Assembly (NCBI GenBank): GCA_965237715.1
Contig: CBDEGM010000002.1
Location: 67,234 to 131,233, forward strand
Reading direction: 5' to 3'
Origin: Acidobacteriota bacterium
GTDB taxonomy: Bacteria; Acidobacteriota; UBA6911; RPQK01; CBDEGM01
DNA length: 64,000 nucleotides
A program made the position numbers and the translations under genes. The notes below the pieces were generated by a model. That model ran no database searches and was not told where the DNA came from. It worked only from the letters and a program-made list of their open reading frames with translations. This document shows positions 1 through 8,860 of the stretch, piece after piece (position 1 is the stretch's first letter; every line of letters begins with the position of its first letter).

Positions 1-256
1 TTTCAATACTCGGATTGACGAAATCTCCGATTTTCTCCTTTTCCTGAGTCTCTGGTGGATAGTTGCAATAATTGGTTACACCTACTACCTGGTCTCCCAC
101 ATCGAGCTCGAATAGGAGTTCTGTGAGATTCGGAGCCAAAGAGACGATTCGAGGCATGGCGACGGTGGGAGATGGGTCACCTCTTCGCGTGAGGCCCTGC
201 TGCAGCAGCAGTATTACGGCGAGAGTTGCCAGAACCAAGGTGACTAACCGTTTCAT
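1..256 (-). CDS. ABC transporter periplasmic substrate-binding protein, cobalamin/iron-siderophore type (BtuF/FecB-like), N-terminal part; the gene runs off the window start
   Basis: Reverse-strand translation from the ATG at 254-256 gives MKRLVTLVLATLAVILLLQQ...PRIVSLAPNLTELLFELDVGDQVVGVTNYCNYP. This is a signal peptide followed by a class III periplasmic binding protein motif. It is absent from the ORF track because it is open at the window edge. Confidence 0.6.
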   Translation of the reverse strand, partial: MKRLVTLVLATLAVILLLQQGLTRRGDPSPTVAMPRIVSLAPNLTELLFELDVGDQVVGVTNYCNYPPETQEKEKIGDFVNPSIE

Positions 257-288
257 TCTTTCTCCCGACGGTTGATTTTCATGCTCCA

Positions 289-557
289 GTGTCCTGTCCC
301 AGGAATAACATCTTATTTGTTACGGGCGAAACGGATTCTGATTCGAGGCGCGACGACGAGTCGATGCCTGGGCATCGGCGAGGAGGAGCAACAAAGAAGC
401 AGGGCCGTTGGGCCCGCAACCCGAAGGGCGGAGGGAACTTTGGCCGATCTCTTTGTCGCTCGTCGTGGACGATGCCTTGGCATCGCCTTCTCCTCGCTTC
501 GCGATCTCGGCTCAAAGTTCCCTCCGCAAATGACATGTTATTCCTGGGACAGGACAC
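289..557. repeat. MITE-like element, family 1 copy A (269 bp) with perfect 23-bp terminal inverted repeats gtgtcctgtcccaggaataacat
   Basis: 289-311 is the exact reverse complement of 535-557. The internal core is a long imperfect palindrome (gcgacgacgagtcgatgcc...ggcatcg...cgtcgtcg) and is about 85% identical to the core of the element at 53575-53849 in the opposite orientation. It sits between the TonB receptor stop codon and the btuF-like start. Confidence 0.7.
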
Positions 558-2695
558 TAGAATCGGAAACGAAGACCGGAACGGAAGTGAAATTTCAGGG
601 CCGGGAATCCGATTTTCTCAAAATATTCCTGATTCAGAAGATTCTCAAAAGTGGCAACGAGCTCCAGGTTGTGATTGAGTCGGTAGCTGCCAGAAAGATC
701 CCATCTGGTGTAGCCATCCACCTCCGTCAGTTCGGTGCGAAAGTCACTGTCAGCGCGATTGCCAACGAAGGTTGCCCGGGTACTTACCGTCCATTTGTCG
801 GAGAGGAAGGTGAGACCTGCAAAACCGGAGTGGGTGGGACGGAGAGGGAGGCGGCCGCCTTCCCGAAACACCGGATCAAAGGGACTACTATTCACTATGG
901 TTGAGTGCAGGTAGGTGTATCCTGCGAAAAAACGCAAGTCTTCCCGGGGAAGGATGTGAAACACGTTCTCAACACCCCATGCCTGGCTCTCGATGATGTT
1001 GAAAAACGATCCTTCGAAGGTATTCAAGTCGACAATCTCAAACGCGATCAGGTCGTCAAAGCGATTGTGGAAGAAATTCACTTCAGCGCGTACCCGATCG
1101 CTGGCCAATGTCTGTTCGACTCCTGCCTCTATGCTTCTGGTTCGCTCCGGTTTCAGGTCGGGGTTCCCTCTGAAAAAAAAGTTTGGGCTAAAGGACTCAA
1201 TAAAGTTTGGCTCCTTGATTCCCAGACCGAAGTGGAACTTGGGCCGGGTCATTCCCCAGAACTCACCCTCCTGACCCCTTTTGGCAAGAAACGACAGGGA
1301 GACTCTCGGAGTGGCCGCAAACCCAAAGCTGCCGTTATCTTCCAATCGAAGTCCGCCGGTGATTGCCAATCGGTGAGTCAGGAGAAATTGATCCTGGACG
1401 TAATATCCGAGGTTCGTGCGGCGCTTGCGCACGTCCCCGACCACGCCCTGCTGCTCTTCGTACTCGAATCCTGTAGAAAGCTGGTGGCTGTGGATCAGAA
1501 AATCACTCTGGTAGTTTGTGTTGTGCCTCCGGGTAGCACTTAAAAAAGAGAACGGAAAATCGAATGGGTGGCTGAACTCGGGATCCTCCGAGAGTTGGTT
1601 GATGTAGGAATGGCTGTAAGAAACCTTCTGCTGCCAGCTATCGGAGATGCGGTGGTTCCAGGCCAAACCCAGGACGAGGTCTCGTTTGCGGTAGAATTCT
1701 TCCAGGTCGGGCGGACCCAATGCTGTTGGGCCGGGCGCTCCAGACCTGCCGCGTTCGGCTCGTCCTACAAAGTTTAGAGAAGAGTTGGCGGAGATTGTGA
1801 TGCCGATATTGGAACTGTAGCTATTGTTTCGGAAAAAATCGTTGGGGCCGCTATTGTCCGTGCGGAAGTGCTGAAACGCAGCACTGTAGGACACTCGATC
1901 ATGCTGACCGGCAATGGTTGCTCCTCCACGGAAGGTGTCAAAGGTACCCCCTTCCAGGAACACACTTCCGGCAGGGATGGATGTTTCTGCGGCTCCTTTC
2001 TTCGTAAAGATCTGGATCACGCTGGTGATGGCATCGGAGCCATAGAGGGCGCTTTGCGGCCCCCGGACGATCTCGATTCTCTCTACATTGGCCGTGGAGA
2101 GACTGGAAAGATCTACTGAACCTCCCGGTTGATTCAACGGGACCCCGTCGAGCAATACCTTGTTGTAATCAGACTCTCCTCCTCGGACGAAAATGCTGGT
2201 GAGAGAACCCGCAGCTCCATACTGGAGGATGTTTACACTCGGTGAGTTTCGCAGAAGTTCGGCTACATTGGTCGCATTCTGCGCTTCAATCTCATCGGCA
2301 CTGATCACGGTGACACTGCTGCCGAGAGAGCTTGTGTGTGCCTCGGTTCGGGTGGCCGTCACCAAGACCTCTTCTCTCAGCAATTCCATTTTGAGAGCAA
2401 AATCGTGTTCAAGATCCTGGCCTGATTCCAGGCGAAATTCCTGGCCATACTGCCGAAGGCCGAGTTCCCGAATCAGAATCAGGTAAGTGCCGGGTGCCAC
2501 GTCCTTGAAAGAATAATGGCCGCTCTCATCGGTTAGTGTCGTAGCACGCGTCCCGTTGCCCTCGATCAAGAGAAGGCGGACCCCAGAAACGAAGTTCCCA
2601 TCTGGATCTATAAGTTTTCCCGAGATCGACTCGCAAAAAACGGGAAAACAGCACAGAGTAAGAGCTGCGATGAGAGTGGTCACCATGAGCAGCAT
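557..2695 (-). CDS. TonB-dependent outer-membrane receptor with an N-terminal carboxypeptidase-regulatory-like domain (BtuB-like by context)
   Basis: 712 aa with a signal peptide and a CarboxypepD_reg-like segment (YSFKDVAPGTYLILIRELG). Plug-domain motifs are present (VTATRTE..., RGGESDYNKVLLDGVPLN) and the protein ends in an aromatic residue (FRF). A cobalamin riboswitch lies upstream. Confidence 0.85.
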   Translation of the reverse strand: MLLMVTTLIAALTLCCFPVFCESISGKLIDPDGNFVSGVRLLLIEGNGTRATTLTDESGHYSFKDVAPGTYLILIRELGLRQYGQEFRLESGQDLEHDFALKMELLREEVLVTATRTEAHTSSLGSSVTVISADEIEAQNATNVAELLRNSPSVNILQYGAAGSLTSIFVRGGESDYNKVLLDGVPLNQPGGSVDLSSLSTANVERIEIVRGPQSALYGSDAITSVIQIFTKKGAAETSIPAGSVFLEGGTFDTFRGGATIAGQHDRVSYSAAFQHFRTDNSGPNDFFRNNSYSSNIGITISANSSLNFVGRAERGRSGAPGPTALGPPDLEEFYRKRDLVLGLAWNHRISDSWQQKVSYSHSYINQLSEDPEFSHPFDFPFSFLSATRRHNTNYQSDFLIHSHQLSTGFEYEEQQGVVGDVRKRRTNLGYYVQDQFLLTHRLAITGGLRLEDNGSFGFAATPRVSLSFLAKRGQEGEFWGMTRPKFHFGLGIKEPNFIESFSPNFFFRGNPDLKPERTRSIEAGVEQTLASDRVRAEVNFFHNRFDDLIAFEIVDLNTFEGSFFNIIESQAWGVENVFHILPREDLRFFAGYTYLHSTIVNSSPFDPVFREGGRLPLRPTHSGFAGLTFLSDKWTVSTRATFVGNRADSDFRTELTEVDGYTRWDLSGSYRLNHNLELVATFENLLNQEYFEKIGFPALKFHFRSGLRFRF

Positions 2696-2799
2696 AGGCC
2701 CTCCTGGGTACAGAGCAGCCCAAAACGGCGCCAGTCGGGTTGAAAGGAAAAAACCAAGACCCTGAACCCCTTTTTGACGCGAAGAGTTACGGGTAGACT

Positions 2800-2975
2800 G
2801 CCAAGGCAGGTTTCCTGACTAACGGCTCAAACTCGGCCTTCCCAGCCTTCCCCCCGAGATTCCGGGAGTGACTAGCGGTTCGAGACCACCTTGGAAGGTC
2901 GCTTGCCGATCACAGTGACGCGATCGTGTGGGATTCTCACCCACTTCCCTTTTGTGTTCGCACCCTGGCTAACAG
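2800..2975 (-). ncRNA. Cobalamin (B12) riboswitch in the 5' leader of the TonB receptor gene
   Basis: On the minus strand the sequence reads ...AAGGGAAGUGGGUGAGAAUCCCAC...GUCACUGUGAUCGG...GGGAAGGCC...GUUAGUCAGGAAACCUGCC. This matches the conserved GGGAA/GGUG..AA.UCC, GCCACUGUGA-like and B12-box (AGUCAGGAAnCCUGCC) blocks of RF00174-type elements. A U-rich stretch follows before the ATG at 2695. Confidence 0.65.
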
Positions 2976-2989
2976 ACTGAGGATACTTT

Positions 2990-3100
2990 AGTCAGTGGTC
3001 AATGGTCAATGGTTGCAACTGACAAACTGTAACAAAGTAGATGATTCAGTGGTGAGCTGGTCAACCGGTGGTTACTGGTCACCGGTCAGCTCGTCATCGG
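2990..3100. repeat. Heptanucleotide tandem array (TCAGTGG/TCAATGG/TGACAAA... units) upstream of the riboswitch
   Basis: gtcagtggtcaatggtcaatggttgcaactgacaaactgtaac...ggttactggtcaccggtcagctcgtcatcggtagtgg shows 7-bp periodicity of TCAnTGG/CTGACnn units. The same unit occurs at 18306-18370, 21211-21270 and 45262-45350. Confidence 0.5.
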
Positions 3101-3555
3101 TAGTGGAAGTTGCGGTGGCGGAGAGTACTACCAGAAGAGGAGAACTACTTCCCTCCCAGGCTTTGTGTTTCCCCTTCTGGTAGTCTCTTTTTTTACCCGT
3201 CATCTTCGAACTGCAAATGAGCGGGTGAGTTCCCGGGGAGTTGGTTGACTAACCCATGGGACTCACCAGTTCTTTAGCAATTTCGATGCCTCTCCAGGTC
3301 AACTCTACGCAACTGAAATCCGATCAATCAGTTATAGGAATCTGTTTGGGTTGGCATTGGGTTCCAAATTCAAAAAAATGATGGGTCGTAGATGAGACGC
3401 TCCATCTTTCTGGTTTTTCTTGGAGATGAGGTTCAAGAAGATGAATTGTTGAGAGCCGGAGTGATGAAGGTATGGACACCTGTCTCGCGGCCGTTGAAGG
3501 TTGCCGTTGAGCTTTGATTTTCTTGGTTCTGTCGATCGTTTAGCCCTGGCCAGAT

Positions 3556-4134
3556 CTACTCTGGTTGGAATCCTTTCTGCGGGTGGACCATGACTCTGCG
3601 GTAGGGAGACCTTCCTCGGCTTTCCGAATGTAGCCCGTGACTCTGGATTAGCTCGTGTTGCAGGCGCCGAAGGTATGCATTCTGAGGGGACAACTCCACG
3701 GGTTCAGCGGTTCGCTGCACTCTGATGATCCCATCTTCGGCCTCCTGGAGAGCGAAATCAGGTCGGCCGCTGGTAGGAGGTTCGGGGAAAGAGACGTCTC
3801 GGAAGTATTCCTGCAGGAAGCGTTTCACCTGAACCAGGGTGTTGCTCTTGATGGTGTGGAATTGCACACCCTTGTCGAGCGCCTGCTGTAACTTTTTCGG
3901 CTGGCGTTTCCGCTGCGCCTTCAAGCTCAGGATCAGATCAGCGTGCTCTGGCTCCTCTACCAGACGCACCGGAACACGCAGCTCCTCGATCGACCGTTCC
4001 AGACGGCTGCGGCTGACGCCAATCGGATAAATGTGCTTCAGGCGTCGTCGGCCAGGGTGGGAAGCAGTCCGCTTTCGGGTCTGGCGTTGACCTGGGTAGG
4101 AGCGAGGCTGTCTATTGTCCCAGATCCCCGACAT
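3556..4134 (-). CDS. R3H-domain nucleic-acid-binding protein, possibly the C-terminal portion of a Ycf45-like ATPase-R3H protein
   Basis: 192 aa. It overlaps the upstream AAA ATPase ORF by 97 nt in another frame. The KHIYPIGVSR...IRVQR pattern is consistent with the R3H/Jag-like C-terminal region of Ycf45/SpoIIIAA-like proteins. Confidence 0.45.
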   Translation of the reverse strand: MSGIWDNRQPRSYPGQRQTRKRTASHPGRRRLKHIYPIGVSRSRLERSIEELRVPVRLVEEPEHADLILSLKAQRKRQPKKLQQALDKGVQFHTIKSNTLVQVKRFLQEYFRDVSFPEPPTSGRPDFALQEAEDGIIRVQRTAEPVELSPQNAYLRRLQHELIQSHGLHSESRGRSPYRRVMVHPQKGFQPE

Positions 4135-5225
4135 CTGCTGAGCGAATCGATGAAACTCGGGCCCAGGCTCTTCCTCTGTTCGGGTGGCTCGATCTTTACC
4201 CTCCCTCGTTCATCTCGGACCCTCAACTCAGGTCGAACCGGAGCACCAGATAGGAGTCGATCCACGACCTGCGCAATATCAGGGTATACCGCCAGGCGTT
4301 CGCGGCTTTGGATCTCCACCAGGATGTCAAACGTGGGAGGTGCCTTGCGCTCCAGGATTGTCTTCTGTGTGCCTCTGCGCCGGGCCTCCTCATCCGACAA
4401 GGTGACCGCCTGAATGCCACCCAGAAGGTCCGATAGGGTGGGATTGATGAGCAGGTTCTGAAGTGTGATTCCATGTGCCGTGGCCACAAGTTGGACTCCG
4501 CGCTCGGCAATCGTGCGAGCCGCAAGGGATTCGGCAAGAGTTCCGATTTCGTCGATGACGATCACTTCGGGCATGTGGTTTTCCACAGCCTCAATCATCA
4601 CCTGATGTTGAAGCTCCGGAGAGGGAACTTGCATGCGCCTTGCGCAACCGATTCCGGAATGGGAAATGTCGCCATCACCAGCGATTTCGTTTGACGTATC
4701 TACTACCACCACCCGTTTTTCCAGTTCCTCAGCCAGAACCCGAGCTGCCTCACGAAGGAGGGTGGTCTTACCGACACCGGGAGGGCCAAGAAGCAACAGG
4801 CTACTCCCCTTCTCAACTACATCACGGATGATCTCGACAGTTCCGGTCACCGCGCGTCCCACTCGACAGGTCAGACCGATAATTTTCCTGCGCCGGTTTC
4901 GAATCGCGCTAATACGGTGGAGTGTTCGCTCCATTCCGGCGCGGTTATCAGCTGTGAAATCGCCGACGCGTGCAATCACGTAATCCAGGTCTTCGCGGAG
5001 GATCTCGGAATGGTTCAGGTAGAGTGCCCGGTCGAAAAACCTCGCCTCCGGCTGGCGTCCCAGGTCCATAATCACCTCGATCAAGTTGTCCAGCTGGGCT
5101 TCGTTTTCGAGGACGACGCGAAGCTTCGGTGGAAGTACCTGCAGAAGCAGGGATAAATCGTCGGTAACTTCCTGGCGACCCAAAGCTCGCTTCTGGCGGG
5201 ATCTGCGCTCCACTTGCAGCACCAT
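4038..5225 (-). CDS. AAA-family ATPase, Ycf45/SpoIIIAA-like
   Basis: 395 aa. Walker A is GPPGVGKTT and Walker B is VIVIDEIG. Overall it resembles the ATPase core of Ycf45-type R3H ATPases. Confidence 0.6.
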   Translation of the reverse strand: MVLQVERRSRQKRALGRQEVTDDLSLLLQVLPPKLRVVLENEAQLDNLIEVIMDLGRQPEARFFDRALYLNHSEILREDLDYVIARVGDFTADNRAGMERTLHRISAIRNRRRKIIGLTCRVGRAVTGTVEIIRDVVEKGSSLLLLGPPGVGKTTLLREAARVLAEELEKRVVVVDTSNEIAGDGDISHSGIGCARRMQVPSPELQHQVMIEAVENHMPEVIVIDEIGTLAESLAARTIAERGVQLVATAHGITLQNLLINPTLSDLLGGIQAVTLSDEEARRRGTQKTILERKAPPTFDILVEIQSRERLAVYPDIAQVVDRLLSGAPVRPELRVRDERGRVKIEPPEQRKSLGPSFIDSLSRCRGSGTIDSLAPTQVNARPESGLLPTLADDA

Positions 5226-5254
5226 GTATTCAAATAATACTATGACCTTCGAAA

Positions 5255-6157
5255 GTGAGTTATTTTATGAAAAGGATCGTCGTATTTTTCTGGGTTTCAA
5301 CTTGGCTGTTTTCAGAATCCACGGACGTGGAGACACATGTTTTAGGAAGCATCGAAAGGATCTTGGAGCAGGAAGGCCGGGTACGTTTTTCTGACCTGTA
5401 CAACAGTGATCGATTTACCCCACAGGGAAAAGCCTATCTAGGGCGGCTCTATGAGGCCTTTTTTCAGATTCCTGGCTTTCTGAATCGGGAGCACCGGAGC
5501 ACAGGTCGTGTCCCTACAATCCGGGAGATCGCCGCCAAAGTCGGCATCAATATGGAAGCGGTGAACTTGCTTTTGACGGTGATGGCGTCAGACCCACGAA
5601 TCCCTCCCCTGTTCACCAGAAATCCTCACAGTCAGAAAATTGAATCGTTGAATCTGGAGAACATCAGTGCTTTTCTCGCTGCCTATGGAAATCAGGTTCA
5701 AGTCACCCAATGGGCGGGGAAGCCCTTGCCGTCTTTTCAGCTGGTTCGATTTAATGGGCAGACGATTTCTTCGCGTGACCTGACTGGCAAGAATGCGCTG
5801 ATCTATTTCTGGTTCACCGGTTGTCCTCCTTGTGTCAGGATTGCACCGATTTTGGCAGATCTGAACCGGAAATATGGGTCGTCGAATTTCCGTGTGATTG
5901 GATTCAACGCCGATCAGGTCCTGGGACTCACGACCTCGGATGAGGAAAGGAAAAACCACCTCGAGAAGCTCGGCGGCGGTTTTGCCAATGCTCACCTGGA
6001 CAGGGCGACGCGGCGCGCCTTTGGAAATGTCAACGTCTTTCCGACTCTATTTCTAGTCAAAAAGGACGGAATCATTTTTCGACATATGATCAACTATCAA
6101 AACCGCGAAATCCTTGAAGAAGTAATCAACAATCTCATTCCAGGTCCGGAAGAATGA
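5255..6157 (+). CDS. Thioredoxin-fold thiol:disulfide oxidoreductase (TlpA/ResA family) with an N-terminal extra domain and signal peptide
   Basis: 300 aa with the catalytic motif WFTGCPPC in a thioredoxin-like C-terminal domain and a hydrophobic N-terminus. Confidence 0.7.
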   Translation: MSYFMKRIVVFFWVSTWLFSESTDVETHVLGSIERILEQEGRVRFSDLYNSDRFTPQGKAYLGRLYEAFFQIPGFLNREHRSTGRVPTIREIAAKVGINMEAVNLLLTVMASDPRIPPLFTRNPHSQKIESLNLENISAFLAAYGNQVQVTQWAGKPLPSFQLVRFNGQTISSRDLTGKNALIYFWFTGCPPCVRIAPILADLNRKYGSSNFRVIGFNADQVLGLTTSDEERKNHLEKLGGGFANAHLDRATRRAFGNVNVFPTLFLVKKDGIIFRHMINYQNREILEEVINNLIPGPEE

Positions 6158-6185
6158 TCCCCGGGAAATAGTCCCGGCCCAGAAA

Positions 6186-6204
6186 GCCGGCTCTGCGAGC
6201 CGGC
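6186..6204 (+). terminator. GC-rich perfect hairpin (gccggctc tgc gagccggc) between the trx-like gene and the permease gene; no U tract
   Basis: 8-bp perfect stem seen directly in the sequence. It is weak as an intrinsic terminator because no T-run follows. Confidence 0.25.
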
Positions 6205-6219
6205 GCAGTCACCCCACAC

Positions 6220-7551
6220 ATGAAGCTTTTCCGCGAGATCGGTCTGACATCTTCCTTTTTTCTAGTCATCGGGAATACGGTCGGAATTGGTATTTTTACC
6301 ACCTCCGGGTTGATTGCAGAGGAGCTGGGAAATTCCGTATGGCTGATTGCGGTGTGGGTTTTGGGTGGGGTGCTCGCCTTCATCGGCGCCGTTTGCTATT
6401 CCGTACTGGGAGTCCGCATCCCAAAAGCGGGAGGCGAGTATGCATTTCTCTATCCTTCCTACGGCCGCCTCCCTGCCTTCCTGTCCGGTTGGACTTCACT
6501 TCTGATCGGCTTTTCAGCACCCATCGCAGCCGCGGCTCTGGGTCTGGTCCACTACCTGCGTCCCTTCATTCCTGTGGAGGTCTCCGGGCCAGCGTGGACT
6601 CTGAAGGCAGTGGCCATGCTGGTCTTGCTGAGTGTGACCATTTTGCTCTCTCTGGGCCTCAAGTCTGGAGCTCGAGCCCATTCCCTGATTACGGTCGTGA
6701 ACTTCGCTGTGATGATCGTATTCGCGCTGCTAGTCCTTAGGCGCTCGGCAGGGGAACAAAACCTCGGCTTGACCTTGCAGCACGGTCTTTTTGATGTGCA
6801 CCCGTCTTCGTTGGGATCGGCGGTTGTCTTGGTGATGTTCGCCTACAGCGGATGGAATGCGGCTGCCTATATCGCCGAAGAAATCCGGGCTCCCGAACGG
6901 ACGATTCCACGGGCCCTGATCCTCGGGACGTTGGCGGTCATTGCAGCCTATCTTTCCATCAACTTTGCATATTTTTCAGCAGTACCAGTGGATCAGCTGA
7001 AAGGTAAGATCGCCGTGGCGGAAATCGCCGCCTCGGCAACCTTGGGAAATATGGGGCCAAGTCTGATCAGCGTGCTCATTGCGATCTCCATACTGAGCTC
7101 ACTGACTGCCATGTCCATTGCCGGTCCAAGAGTCTATTTTGCGATGTCGCGTGATCGGTTGTTTCCCAGGTGGATGGGTGAGATCCACCGAAAGAAGAAG
7201 GTACCTCTGAAATCCATCTGGTTTCAAAGCGGTGTGGCCGCAGGACTGATCGCGCTGGGAAACTTCTATCAGATTTTGCTTTATTCGGGCTTTATTCTAC
7301 TGCTTTTTGCAACCCTGACCGTCTCGACTCTGTTGACGGTAAGAAGAAAAGAGGGAGAATTATTCTGGTTCTGGACTCTGTACCGTCTCCTACCCGGCAT
7401 TTTTGTCGTTGCCAACAGCGGAGTTCTTATCAGCACAGTCTTCTCACATCCGGCGGAGACTCTTACCGGCCTGGCAACGGTGGCACTGGGCCTGCCAGTG
7501 TACCTGTATTACAGGAGGACCTCCACTTCCACCTCCACTGGTGGAAGTTGA
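6220..7551 (+). CDS. APC-superfamily amino acid permease
   Basis: 443 aa with 12 predicted hydrophobic segments. The N-terminal motif FLVIGNTVGIGIFTTSG is typical of APC transporters. Confidence 0.8.
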   Translation: MKLFREIGLTSSFFLVIGNTVGIGIFTTSGLIAEELGNSVWLIAVWVLGGVLAFIGAVCYSVLGVRIPKAGGEYAFLYPSYGRLPAFLSGWTSLLIGFSAPIAAAALGLVHYLRPFIPVEVSGPAWTLKAVAMLVLLSVTILLSLGLKSGARAHSLITVVNFAVMIVFALLVLRRSAGEQNLGLTLQHGLFDVHPSSLGSAVVLVMFAYSGWNAAAYIAEEIRAPERTIPRALILGTLAVIAAYLSINFAYFSAVPVDQLKGKIAVAEIAASATLGNMGPSLISVLIAISILSSLTAMSIAGPRVYFAMSRDRLFPRWMGEIHRKKKVPLKSIWFQSGVAAGLIALGNFYQILLYSGFILLLFATLTVSTLLTVRRKEGELFWFWTLYRLLPGIFVVANSGVLISTVFSHPAETLTGLATVALGLPVYLYYRRTSTSTSTGGS

Positions 7552-7612
7552 CGGATCATTTCTTCACTTCGCTCAGGTGAAGGCGACGCCGTTGTAGTAG
7601 AGGTGGTGTGAG
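7534..7612. repeat. Partial copy (left half, inverted) of MITE family 2
   Basis: gatcatttcttcacttcgctcaggtgaaggcgacgccg...gagaaatgcgg is the reverse complement of the conserved core ...cggcgtcgccttcacctgagcgaagtgaagaaatcatcc found at 25798-26030 and 41083-41290. Confidence 0.5.
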
Positions 7613-7629
7613 AAATGCGGGTTAATAAC

Positions 7630-8364
7630 CTACTTCCGTCGCTGTGCTTCTCCGGTCATGGGTACGAAACGCACTCCTGTGATCCGCTCTCTTCTGAGCT
7701 TTCCATCCTTTTTGGTCACCAGCGTCAAGACCTGCGCGCCCCGTGTGCTCCCTACGGGCATGACCAGCTTCCCTCCCTCCGCGAGCTGTTCCAGGAGTGG
7801 ATCCGGTATCCTTTTGGCGGCAGCAGTCACCAGGATGATGTCGAAGGGCGCCTTTTCCGGCCAGCCGCGGTAACCGTCTCCCTGAAGAGGGTGAATGTTA
7901 TCGTAGCCCAGTTCCGAGAGGAGTTTTTTGGAGCGTTCAGCGAGTGCGGGAATAATCTCGATAGTGTAAACGTCCTGCACAAGTTCACTCAGCACAGCGG
8001 CCTGGTATCCGGAACCAGTCCCGATTTCGAGTGCTCGGTCATCAGGTTGTAGGTCGGCGGTCTGACTCATCAGGGCCACAATGTACGGCTGGGAGATGGT
8101 TTGTCTCTCGCCGATGGGCAAGGGGCTGTCCGCATACGAGTAGTGCCGGTTTTTCTCAGGAACAAATTTGTGCCTGGGAACCCTCCTCATGACCTCTAGG
8201 ACCTGAGGGTTGCGAATGTCTCGAGTCTCGAGCTGGTGCTGAACCATCTTGTGGCGCTGTCTCTTGAAGTCTTCTTCAGAGCTGGATGAGTGATTCTGGG
8301 CAAGAGGAAGACAGGAGGAGATAAGCAGGAATACAAATGGCACATTGAGGCACGATGTTTTCAT
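7630..8364 (-). CDS. pcm: Protein-L-isoaspartate O-methyltransferase with an N-terminal signal peptide
   Basis: 244 aa. PIMT motifs are present: LEIGTGSGYQAAVLS, ISQPYIVALM and DIILVTAAA. Confidence 0.85.
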   Translation of the reverse strand: MKTSCLNVPFVFLLISSCLPLAQNHSSSSEEDFKRQRHKMVQHQLETRDIRNPQVLEVMRRVPRHKFVPEKNRHYSYADSPLPIGERQTISQPYIVALMSQTADLQPDDRALEIGTGSGYQAAVLSELVQDVYTIEIIPALAERSKKLLSELGYDNIHPLQGDGYRGWPEKAPFDIILVTAAAKRIPDPLLEQLAEGGKLVMPVGSTRGAQVLTLVTKKDGKLRRERITGVRFVPMTGEAQRRK

Positions 8365-8657
8365 AAAGCTAATATAAACCAGATTGAATTTATCCTTTTC
8401 AGGGCGGGAACGTCCAGCTGAAAGCCTTGATGCAGGTTAGAATAGTAATTCGACATTCCTCATATCAACTTGGAAGGACCTTTTCCAGTCTCCCCAGTGA
8501 ATGACCACAACTTATCAGACCGCCAACCTTGCCTCAAGTGGTCTTTGGTCCTCTGTCCATCAAAAGCGCCTCTGATCCCTTGGTTTTCTAGGTGGCTTTT
8601 GGTCAAAAACCTGATCAATAGAGACACCTCCAGCGGTTCAATCAGAAACCCTCGGCG

Positions 8658-8860
8658 CTAGGCTGTCATCCATCTCAATCGATCAATCCGAGACAACAGC
8701 CCGGCCCATATATCCTTGCTTATCGCTACCTCCGCCATCTGAAACGTGACGATCCGGCTATGGCGGATCACCTTCGCTCCGATCTTGATCAGTTTGGTCA
8801 ACAGGTTGCGAAGGGACCAATGTTTGATTTTTCTGGGAAGGACTAGACGCCGTAGAAAAT
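8658..8860 (-). pseudogene. C-terminal fragment of the IS1380-family transposase, cut by the IS256 insertion
   Basis: Its translation ...RRLVLPRKIKHWSLRNLLTKLIKIGAKVIRHSRIVTFQMAEVAISKDIWAGLLSRIDRLRWMTA equals the C-terminus of the 443-aa transposase at 50752-52083. Confidence 0.7.

Noticed and set aside
279-678. Small ORFs (92 aa and 129 aa) spanning the MITE at 289-557
   Set aside because: Their similarity to the ORF over the 53575-53849 MITE is due to the shared repeat core, not to a protein-coding gene.
3190-3555. A roughly 360-bp gene-free, lower-GC stretch downstream of the R3H gene, considered as a possible small RNA
   Set aside because: I could not recognise a conserved structure, promoter or terminator by eye. 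I leave it as unannotated intergenic DNA.
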